From positions 4,357 through 68,356 of the forward strand of contig JAGQGU010000003.1 in NCBI GenBank assembly GCA_020432165.1: 64,000 bases of DNA. The letters run 5' to 3'. The notes beneath the pieces were generated by a model. It worked only from the letters and a program-made list of their open reading frames with translations, made no database searches and was not told the origin of the DNA. The position numbers and the translations under genes are program-made. How positions within the stretch are numbered: the first letter of the stretch is position 1; the number at the start of each line of letters is the position of its first letter. The stretch comes from Thermomicrobiales bacterium. Lineage in GTDB: Bacteria > Chloroflexota > Chloroflexia > Thermomicrobiales > UBA6265. This document shows, one piece after another, positions 9,564 to 16,137 of this stretch.

Positions 9564-9782
9564 ATGAACAGCACTCCAGAACTGATGAACGCTGAAGAGT
9601 TCCGAGTCCGACTTGGCATCGGTCGATCTCTGTTTTACGAGCAGGCGCGTACCGGAGGTCTACCAGTCCCGACACTGCGGATCGGCAGACGAATGTTTTT
9701 CAGCCGTCCGGCATTCGAGCGCGTGCTGGCCGGAGATATCGACCGCGTTCCGGGGTCACCAGAAGCGGACTGTAGCAACTAG
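9564..9782 (+). CDS. xis: Excisionase-family / MerR-like HTH DNA-binding protein
   Basis: MNSTPELMNAEEFRVRLGIGRSLFYEQARTGGLPVPTLRIGRRMFFSRPAFERVL matches the excisionase-type HTH pattern. GGAGA Shine-Dalgarno before ATG 9564. Confidence 0.75.
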   Translation: MNSTPELMNAEEFRVRLGIGRSLFYEQARTGGLPVPTLRIGRRMFFSRPAFERVLAGDIDRVPGSPEADCSN

Positions 9783-9840
9783 ACGAAATTGACGACGCCT
9801 CCCATATGCGACCGGGAGGCGTCAATCGAAGAGTGATATC

Positions 9841-11211
9841 ATGACATCCAAACTAATTATACCTCAGATTCCTGTGCATCTTCAGGGGACATTCACGTCG
9901 TTACCCACAGGCCCTCATTCGCCGCAGGCATTGGCCGCGATAGGGTTGGCATCGGCCAGATGGCAGATAGTTCCGCTCCTGATCAATGAAAAGAGGATTG
10001 ACGCCAGTACCGGCTTCCGTCACGGGCGGAAGCCCCACATCCCCACTCGTGAGGAAGTTATCGATCTCTGGATGCAAGAACCTGATCGGAATGTCGGGAT
10101 TGTTCCTTCCCCCGGCACGATCTGCGTTGACCTTGATAGCAAACATGGTGCCGACCTGAGCACATTGGATGCCTTGGGCCTGACCCATGAAACGTTGACT
10201 GAACGCTCACGTTCAGGCGGGTATCACTGCTGGTATCAATTGCCGCGAGGTTTCCGAGCATCGAAGTCCAGTACTGGCAACAGGCGATTGCCCTCGGGTG
10301 TCGATTTGCTATCCAGTTCAAGCCTTGTAGTCTCGCCTTGGTCACAGATTGATGGTAGTTGGTATCGCTACGATACCGATATCTGGACGATGGCGCGGAT
10401 ACCGGGCGATTGGCCGTGGCTTGATTTACTAGAGGACTCTGAAGCCATCCGGTTTGGCCGCATAACCCGTTCAGATCGGGAAGCGGCACGTAGGTTGCGT
10501 CATCGTCTACTAGAGCGCTCCGAGTTTCGACCTCGACTCAAAGGGCTGTTCGGCAAGAATTGGCAGACTGCGCTCACGGCATTAACCCCTACATCATCCG
10601 GCCAAAGTGAGAGTCATCGAGACTTCGCCTTTGCATTCTGCGCGACGCACTTTCTTCGCGACAATCCGCGTGCTCCACAGATTCTCGTGGCGTTGCTGTT
10701 GGATACGGGCTGGCCACAATCACGGTTTCGGGAACATCCGAAATCCGACCCGAACCAATACGCTCGCTCTGTCGTACGTCGCGCCATATCCGCTCGGACG
10801 GATAAGGACCTCGCTCGTCTCGAGGCTCTCTCCGACCGGTATGGTCTGGTACATACGGGTCTCGCTCACCAGACGCGCACTCCGTGCTATCTGGCTTCGC
10901 CAGACCCTGATGCCGCAAGCCTCGATATAGGGGTGGGAGGAAAGCCGACAAATGTGGAGATCATCGCAGATGTGATAGGTATGTTTGGGATCAAAGTGCA
11001 GGCGTTTGGTGATACGGAGTTCCTGAGGTCAGACGGTTACATACGGGTGCCTTGCGGGGATATAGCCAAGATTTGCGAAGTCAGCCCAGACACGGTTACA
11101 AGGGCGCTCAAGTTGGGTGAGCAGAGAGGGTGGTGGGTACGTTCCTCTGAACGGTATCGTCATGATGGTGCTCCACGGTGTGACTCGCTGGTGAAGATGG
11201 TACGAACGTAA
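9841..11211 (+). CDS. Bifunctional primase-polymerase (PrimPol) replicase with PriCT-like middle region and C-terminal wHTH
   Basis: The N-terminal region has a Prim-Pol pattern (VGIVPSPGTICVDLDSKHG ... RSGGYHCWY). The middle SESHRDFAFAFCATHF is PriCT-like. The C-terminus IAKICEVSPDTVTRALKLGEQRGWW is HTH-like. No Walker A helicase motif was seen. Confidence 0.8.
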   Translation: MTSKLIIPQIPVHLQGTFTSLPTGPHSPQALAAIGLASARWQIVPLLINEKRIDASTGFRHGRKPHIPTREEVIDLWMQEPDRNVGIVPSPGTICVDLDSKHGADLSTLDALGLTHETLTERSRSGGYHCWYQLPRGFRASKSSTGNRRLPSGVDLLSSSSLVVSPWSQIDGSWYRYDTDIWTMARIPGDWPWLDLLEDSEAIRFGRITRSDREAARRLRHRLLERSEFRPRLKGLFGKNWQTALTALTPTSSGQSESHRDFAFAFCATHFLRDNPRAPQILVALLLDTGWPQSRFREHPKSDPNQYARSVVRRAISARTDKDLARLEALSDRYGLVHTGLAHQTRTPCYLASPDPDAASLDIGVGGKPTNVEIIADVIGMFGIKVQAFGDTEFLRSDGYIRVPCGDIAKICEVSPDTVTRALKLGEQRGWWVRSSERYRHDGAPRCDSLVKMVRT

Positions 11212-11240
11212 GTTGCATCAGCATCGACTGGTTACTCATT

Positions 11241-11277
11241 CTGAACAACGTTCATCACATCTCTGAACGTTGTTCAG
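11241..11277. promoter_or_regulatory. Perfect 14-bp inverted repeat built from two TGAAC-N3-GTTCA palindromes
   Basis: CTGAACAACGTTCA (11241-11254), 9-nt spacer, TGAACGTTGTTCAG (11264-11277). Lies 30 nt downstream of the PrimPol stop with no T-tract after it. Confidence 0.5.
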
Positions 11278-11674
11278 GATAGATAGCACCGCCATGCTTC
11301 GAGGCCCGTCGTCATACACGCACCAATATGGAATGCACGGAGCCAGGTGACAGGATTGGATAAACGTGTACTACGCGCGTACCTGCGGCTCCCTGATCAC
11401 GATCAACGATTAAGGAACCGAGAGGCAGATAGGAGATGCTCAGGCATACGTACTCCCTCTCGGCACGAATGTGCGCACCTCCGAGGGGGGGTAGTCCATA
11501 TTCTCAGATAAGGCATCGAACCTCATATCGGAGGGTTGCCTCAGAATTTCGGGTGAATTTCCGATTTACTGTCAGACATCAACCTATCTCGCGAGCGACT
11601 CGCAGTACGTGTGATTCTGGGCAACTCCCGCTCCGATGGATCTGAACTGATCACTATATGTTGATAATCTGTCC

Positions 11675-12166
11675 TTATTCTCCAACTTCGTGCCAACCGG
11701 CAGGTACGATGAATGGCTCGTTCGCAACGAACGCCTCCACTATCTGGTCCGCTATATCGCGGTCGGTGGCTGTCCCCCACATCACATAGCCATTGCCGGT
11801 GCAGAAGAAAACCTGGATACCTACGTTCATCGGCCCCGAAAAGATGAACATCCGGCATCCCGCGGCGGTCTCTGTCTCGCCGATCAGCGGATACCCCACC
11901 TGCACAGCAAGATCGTCTGCGTCCACACTGGCGATGATCTCGGCATTGGTGCCGTCATCGGCCGCTATCTCAAAATTGACATAGTCCCAAGACGTCTCAC
12001 CTTCAATCTTCCAGGCTCCTGGTTGAATGCCCGTCTCCACAACTTCGGTTGCCAATATCTTTGAGCCGCTTCGCGAGGTGCGGGTGACCTCATCGCCATT
12101 TCCACCGAACACAGCCAGCATCACTGCGAGTACCAGAGCGCCAATGATTTGTCCCAAGTCTTCCAT
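11675..12166 (-). CDS. Hypothetical N-terminally membrane-anchored protein
   Basis: 163 aa with a single N-terminal hydrophobic helix (IIGALVLAVMLAVFGG). GAGGTGA Shine-Dalgarno upstream of ATG 12166. No family recognised. Confidence 0.6.
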   Translation of the reverse strand: MEDLGQIIGALVLAVMLAVFGGNGDEVTRTSRSGSKILATEVVETGIQPGAWKIEGETSWDYVNFEIAADDGTNAEIIASVDADDLAVQVGYPLIGETETAAGCRMFIFSGPMNVGIQVFFCTGNGYVMWGTATDRDIADQIVEAFVANEPFIVPAGWHEVGE

Positions 12167-12225
12167 GTCTCACCTCACGAACAATGAACATGCCTCGCGG
12201 CTGTCTTTATCTGCCGTTCCCATAT

Positions 12226-12248
12226 CTTAATGGAATTCCTCTATTAAG
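12226..12248. promoter_or_regulatory. Candidate operator in the divergent 163-aa/XRE intergenic region
   Basis: CTTAAT-GGAATTCC-TCT-ATTAAG inverted repeat. Confidence 0.3.
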
Positions 12249-12279
12249 GGAAATCCCACGTTCACTCCAGACTTCGCAT

Positions 12280-12573
12280 ATGAATGGGGCTCGTGACGAT
12301 GGAACCGGTCGAATACGGGAAAATGCTTTCGGGAATCTCGTATCCCGTCAGGATAGACAGAGGCTAGGTGCTCTTCTGCGCTCACTTCGTGAAGATGCTG
12401 GTCTCAAGCAAGGCGAGCTTTCCGAGAGAATCGGGATCGCACAACGCACTTTGTCGCGTATTGAGTACGGCGACCGTGAGGTCACCGTGCTGGAGTTGCT
12501 GGTTATCGCACGGGGACTCAATGTTTCTGCTGAATCGATAGTCACCCAGCTTAAGACCATGATCGATAGATGA
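12280..12573 (+). CDS. XRE-family HTH transcriptional regulator
   Basis: LRSLREDAGLKQGELSERIGIAQRTLSRIEYGDREVTVLELLVIARGL is a classic XRE HTH. The track start at 12184 would leave only 17 bp to the divergent gene, so the in-frame ATG at 12280 is preferred. The start remains uncertain. Confidence 0.7.
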   Translation: MNGARDDGTGRIRENAFGNLVSRQDRQRLGALLRSLREDAGLKQGELSERIGIAQRTLSRIEYGDREVTVLELLVIARGLNVSAESIVTQLKTMIDR

Positions 12574-12575
12574 GA

Positions 12576-12932
12576 TCAATACATGCGCGGATGCTCACCG
12601 CGCATACGCTGACCAGCGACCAGTTCTAGACGTCCGTCCGCAGTTATCCACACTTGGAGGATGGCGGTACCACGAGGGGTCAGATCGCCACGTATCGAGC
12701 CTATACAGAGCCGGTGGTTCTGGGTAGCCGATTCCTCAGCCAAACGCGCGACAGAGTGCGATGACGTACCCACAGATGCATACGGATACGCTCGCCGAAT
12801 CTCAGCACTTCCAGCTGCTATGAGAGCCGGTGCATGGTGCTTTATCCATGCGATGTATTGTTTGGCACGCTCGATTCCGATCTTTCCCGGTGGCGGTGGC
12901 CAATCTGGTAAGCGTTCCGTGGTTGCAAGCAT
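12576..12932 (-). CDS. Hypothetical protein, ERLPDWPP-motif family, paralogue A (translationally coupled to SRAP)
   Basis: 118 aa. Its start ATG overlaps the SRAP stop (TAATG at 12930-12934). Alignable along its length with the 13797-14216 product. Confidence 0.7.
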   Translation of the reverse strand: MLATTERLPDWPPPPGKIGIERAKQYIAWIKHHAPALIAAGSAEIRRAYPYASVGTSSHSVARLAEESATQNHRLCIGSIRGDLTPRGTAILQVWITADGRLELVAGQRMRGEHPRMY

Positions 12933-13654
12933 TAGGATATCTCCAATAGTGAGGCTTGCCGAACTTCAGGGACGGGTTTGATTAGCTCAGCATCATTGTT
13001 ACGGACATCGTTAACACGGCCACTGACGGGCCAAAATTCCAACTTGTCTGTTGGATATGGACTCAATAACGGGCGAATAAGCATCAGGTCACGAACGCTC
13101 CGGGAAAGCCACATGTCTACATTCTGCGGTTGAATGATGACCGGCATCCTGTCGTGAATATGGGCGATGCTCTCAGCAGGTGTGGTGGTGATCAGGCTGT
13201 ATGAGGCCTCGATTTCCCCGGACTGATTGAGCCAGGCATCGTAGATACCCGCAAGCAGAGAGATAGGGTCATCGATTAGCCGGATGTAGTATGGAACCCT
13301 TCTTGAGCCTTGCTTTTGCCATTCGTAATACCCAGATGTTGGAACTAAGCAGCGACGGGATGCGAGTAGACCGCGGAACGTTGGTAGGTCTTCGATGGTT
13401 TCAGCACGCGCGTTACTTGGCTTGTGGTGATGCGGTTTGCTCCAGGATCGCGACAATCCCCAACGCATAAGGCGTGGTTCGATAAGTCCGTCTCGATTCT
13501 CCACTAACACGAATTGGCTCATACCGGGTGCATGGTTGAAACTGGTTGTCATTGTGGCCATGATGCGTTCAAAATTCGCGACAAGTCTCGATGTTTGAGG
13601 CATCTCCTTTGCAACCTCTAGATCGTCATCGAATCGTCGTAGCCGCCCACACAT
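12932..13654 (-). CDS. SOS-response-associated peptidase (SRAP / YedK / HMCES family)
   Basis: Begins MCGR (catalytic Cys2). Conserved NARAET, GYYEW and HDRMPVI motifs are all present. The track ORF to 14146 is an upstream read-through of the same frame. Confidence 0.85.
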   Translation of the reverse strand: MCGRLRRFDDDLEVAKEMPQTSRLVANFERIMATMTTSFNHAPGMSQFVLVENRDGLIEPRLMRWGLSRSWSKPHHHKPSNARAETIEDLPTFRGLLASRRCLVPTSGYYEWQKQGSRRVPYYIRLIDDPISLLAGIYDAWLNQSGEIEASYSLITTTPAESIAHIHDRMPVIIQPQNVDMWLSRSVRDLMLIRPLLSPYPTDKLEFWPVSGRVNDVRNNDAELIKPVPEVRQASLLEIS

Positions 13655-13694
13655 CGCCATTCTCCATTCCAGAAGCCGAGCATCTAGTACTTGC

Positions 13695-13724
13695 ACTATA
13701 CAGAACATATGTTCTATTATGCAA
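13695..13724 (-). promoter_or_regulatory. SRAP promoter with embedded LexA-type SOS box
   Basis: Minus strand: TTGCAT (13724-13719), 18-nt spacer, TATAGT (13700-13695). The spacer contains the perfect palindrome AGAACATATGTTCT (13702-13715), which is GAAC-N4-GTTC. Confidence 0.6.
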
Positions 13725-13796
13725 TCAGAGGCCCCGAGTGTAAAAGCGCCTGAGGCCCTTCTATCGATTCGATGGTGGGGATAGAGTGGTGCTGAT

Positions 13797-14216
13797 ATGA
13801 AAGAGCGATTGCCTGACTGGCCGCCTGTCGATTTGGAGCTTATCGGTGAAGCGCGGGCGCGAGCATATGTTGATTGGATGCGCGCGCACATCGCACCCGT
13901 GATTGATCGCGCCAAGACTGATCTACGTCGCCAGTATGGTGATGATGTCGTCCTGACCACTGAGTCGATGAGTGTCGATACGCTGGCCGCGACTGTGTAC
14001 AACCGTATGGGGCCGCATTTCATCATCGGAAGCGTAAAGGCCGATATGGGCAAAGCGCGACCGGCAGAAATCTTTGTTGTGATCCAACCAGACGGTACCA
14101 TCGACCTCATGCCTGTCTGGCTCCCATTCACAGAAGCGAACCTCATGGATGATCTGCTGGCTAGCCTGGCCGAGCAGCAGGCCCATTCAGCAGACCAGGA
14201 TCAAAGCAATGAATGA
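13797..14216 (+). CDS. Hypothetical protein, ERLPDWPP-motif family, paralogue B (acidic C-terminal tail)
   Basis: 139 aa. Shares ERLPDWPP, W..H..P.I....RR.Y, IGS and DG..L blocks with the 12576-12932 product. Divergent from SRAP across the LexA-box promoter. Confidence 0.7.
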   Translation: MKERLPDWPPVDLELIGEARARAYVDWMRAHIAPVIDRAKTDLRRQYGDDVVLTTESMSVDTLAATVYNRMGPHFIIGSVKADMGKARPAEIFVVIQPDGTIDLMPVWLPFTEANLMDDLLASLAEQQAHSADQDQSNE

Positions 14217-14392
14217 AGGCTACCCATCCACCAGTCTCACGACGATTGGATTCCCATCTGTGACTGGTAAGTGATCTACTGCGCGAGATGTCCTGAGTTG
14301 CAGGAGGATGGCTGAGAAGGTGTTTTCAGGGTGGTTGGTGAGGTGTTTATGCATCCAAATCTCGACCTATATCTGACTGTGTCGAAATTCTC

Positions 14393-14412
14393 ACACGCCA
14401 CTCACACGCCAC
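14393..14412 (+). promoter_or_regulatory. Two direct ACACGCCAC copies near attR (candidate integrase arm-type sites)
   Basis: ACACGCCAC at 14393-14401 and 14404-14412 (11-bp phasing), the same 9-mer as at 7876-7908. Confidence 0.45.
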
Positions 14413-14423
14413 AGACCACACAA

Positions 14424-14449
14424 CGCAAAAGCCGCTAACTGCTAGCGGC
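14424..14449 (-). terminator. Element-supplied terminator downstream of tRNA-His
   Basis: Minus strand: GCCGCTA-GCAGT-TAGCGGC hairpin followed by TTTTGCG. Confidence 0.6.
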
Positions 14450-14450
14450 T

Positions 14451-14525
14451 CAATATCCTTGATTCTATAAGGGTTTTTCTGGGGTACCTACCGGGTTTCG
14501 AACCCGGAACCTCTTGTTCCACAGA
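14451..14525 (-). repeat. attR: 75-bp direct repeat overlapping the 3' part of the intact tRNA-His
   Basis: Partner of 7689-7761. It extends about 29 bp beyond the tRNA 3' end. Confidence 0.9.
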
Positions 14526-14555
14526 CAAGCGCTCTGCCGTTGAGCTATAGGTACC
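14480..14555 (-). tRNA. tRNA-His (anticodon GUG) with encoded G-1 and CCA
   Basis: Hand-folded cloverleaf: G-1, GTACCTA/TAGGTAC acceptor, GCTC/GAGC D stem, CTTGT-CTGTGGA-ACAAG anticodon arm, CCGGG-TTCGAAA-CCCGG T arm, discriminator C, CCA. 76 nt. Confidence 0.92.
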
Positions 14556-14568
14556 ATGTTCACGTAAA

Positions 14569-14910
14569 CGAGAAGGAGGTGTAAGCCGAGTTCTGTTCTA
14601 TATGGTCATCTCTCTCAATCCTGAGGACTGGTCACATCGTCGCCTCTGTGACGGCTCTCGACTTCCGGCCTTGGCGAGCAGCCTGCTGGCGGCCGAATCG
14701 GAGATTGCTGCGGGGAGGATTGCCCTTTTCACTCCGCGTTACCGCGGCTTCGTCTCTGTTGCTCTCACATGCTTGCGCATGTGCCAATCTGGACTGTCGA
14801 CCCGGTTACCCGAGCCTCCCTGGCTTTCACCAGGCACCCTTGCTCTCTGCAGCCCGGACTTTCCTCTGGTGACTTGCGATCACCAGCGACCATTCCCTTG
14901 CTTCCCGAAA
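14569..14910 (-). ncRNA. rnpB: RNase P RNA, bacterial type A
   Basis: Minus strand contains the universally conserved AGAGGAAAGTCCGGGCTGCAGAG (P4 5' strand), GCAACAGAGA, GGTAACGCGGAGTGAAAAGGG and ACAGAACTCGGCTTA (P4 3' strand). P1 (CGGGAAG..GGG / CCT..CTTCTCG), P2 (ATGGTC/GACCAT) and P3 (CTGGTGA-TCGCAAG-TCACCAG) can be paired by hand. Ends are approximate. Confidence 0.85.
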
Positions 14911-14919
14911 ACGTTCACA

Positions 14920-14948
14920 TTTAAAGGTGCGTTACTCACAAGGAGCAA
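14920..14948 (-). promoter_or_regulatory. Candidate rnpB promoter
   Basis: Minus strand: TTGCTC, 17 nt, TTTAAA, about 8-12 nt upstream of the proposed P1 5' strand. Confidence 0.35.
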
Positions 14949-15010
14949 CCTGCGGTCTCCCGACCGCGCGAGTAACTATAGCACAGTCACCAGCACCGTC
15001 CTAGCCCTCG

Positions 15011-16093
15011 TCAGGAGAGCAGTGCCCCAAGTCCGATCAGCGCCAGCAATCCACCAATTGGCACAATATGCCACCACTTATACATGACCATGATCGCGAT
15101 AATCTCACGGATGATGGCACTGGGAAGGTAATAGCGCGCAGTGCGACACCCCACGCCCTGCGCCTTCAGTCCCACCCTTCGAGAAATCAACGCAGTCCGG
15201 AAAACATGGTAGTTATTGGTCACAAAAACAACCTTGGATCCCTTGCCACCGCCACGGCGGGCGATGATGAATTGGCTGTTACGCATATTCTCGTCCGTAT
15301 CCGCCGATTGATCCTCAGGCACGATCAGTTCCGCCGGAATATCGTGTGCGAGGAGGTATTCGGACATCGCGCACGCCTCGGATCGCGGCTCGTCCTCCCC
15401 CTGACCACCGGAGGGGATGATAGTTGCGCGCTCCCCGCCCTTGCGCCATACCTCGATCGCTTTATCCAACCTCCGCGCCAGCAGCGGGGGTACTTCGCCT
15501 GCGATCAATCCCGATCCATGCACGATCACGAAATCGGGATCGCGCTCCTTCGGCATGGCCGTGTAGAGCCAGCCGTATACAATGGTGACGTAGGCATTTC
15601 CCAGGAAGTAGAGATAAGCAGCAGAGATCACGGAAACCAGTAGCATCAGCCATTCGGCAAGGCGATGCTGGGCATATGCCGTCATCACCAGCCCGATGAG
15701 GCTTGCAGCGACCAAAAGAAACGGGATCGCACCGACAACCGGTGCCAACATATGCCCCAGCGATATCCCCTCGCGCCGGGCCATCGTTCGTCCGTTCCAG
15801 ATAAGCGCCACGGATCCGATCAGATAGATCAACGGGAATCCAACAAAGGGGATCAGAATCAGAATGGCATAAAGCCAATCCGCCTCGAGTCGGTAAAAGG
15901 CAATCTCCACGATACCGAGATAACCAAATGCCAATGCCAGGCCAAAGATGCCAGCATTGAAGAGCGATCGCGGCTCTATCTTCCAGAGAATGATGAGGAA
16001 GACGAAGAGTATGGCGGAGATGTAGAGGAAGGGCGTCAATGGTACTCCTGCAGAACGTGCATCTATCTGCAGGAAGCATAATCCCGGCATCAT
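15011..16093 (-). CDS. YdcF/SanA/ElyC-family (DUF218) membrane protein
   Basis: N-terminal polytopic region plus a C-terminal DUF218-like domain (FVIVHGSG..., IIPSGGQG, FVTNNYHVFR). An alternative TTG start at 16039 follows AGGAG. Confidence 0.75.
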   Translation of the reverse strand: MMPGLCFLQIDARSAGVPLTPFLYISAILFVFLIILWKIEPRSLFNAGIFGLALAFGYLGIVEIAFYRLEADWLYAILILIPFVGFPLIYLIGSVALIWNGRTMARREGISLGHMLAPVVGAIPFLLVAASLIGLVMTAYAQHRLAEWLMLLVSVISAAYLYFLGNAYVTIVYGWLYTAMPKERDPDFVIVHGSGLIAGEVPPLLARRLDKAIEVWRKGGERATIIPSGGQGEDEPRSEACAMSEYLLAHDIPAELIVPEDQSADTDENMRNSQFIIARRGGGKGSKVVFVTNNYHVFRTALISRRVGLKAQGVGCRTARYYLPSAIIREIIAIMVMYKWWHIVPIGGLLALIGLGALLS

Positions 16094-16137
16094 ACGCCTG
16101 CATGCGCATCCGTCGTTTCCATGGGATAATCCGGGCT

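Larger units (their letters stand above)
7689..14525. mobile_element. Integrative element (about 6.8 kb) in tRNA-His: int, xis-like, PrimPol replicase, XRE regulator, SRAP cargo module
   Basis: Direct repeats lie at both ends, one inside an intact tRNA-His. A tyrosine integrase is adjacent to attL, with excisionase-like and primase-polymerase genes between. AT-rich stretches are visible (9300-9480). Confidence 0.85.

Noticed and set aside
11241-11277. Reading the TGAAC-N3-GTTCA sites as LexA boxes.
   Set aside because: The half-site spacing is 3 nt, not the 4 nt of the GAAC-N4-GTTC box seen at 13702-13715. The site is kept as an unexplained palindrome instead.
12932-14146. 404-aa version of the SRAP ORF extending upstream across the promoter region and over the divergent paralogue gene.
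   Set aside because: SRAP proteins require Cys2 directly after the initiator Met, and MCGR occurs at 13654. The upstream extension overlaps the LexA-box promoter and the opposite-strand gene and has no family signal.
14308-14376. 22-codon ORF (MAEKVFSGWLVRCLCIQISTYI) near attR, preceded by AGGAGG.
   Set aside because: The Shine-Dalgarno abuts the ATG with zero spacing. The ORF is very short and nothing else supports it.
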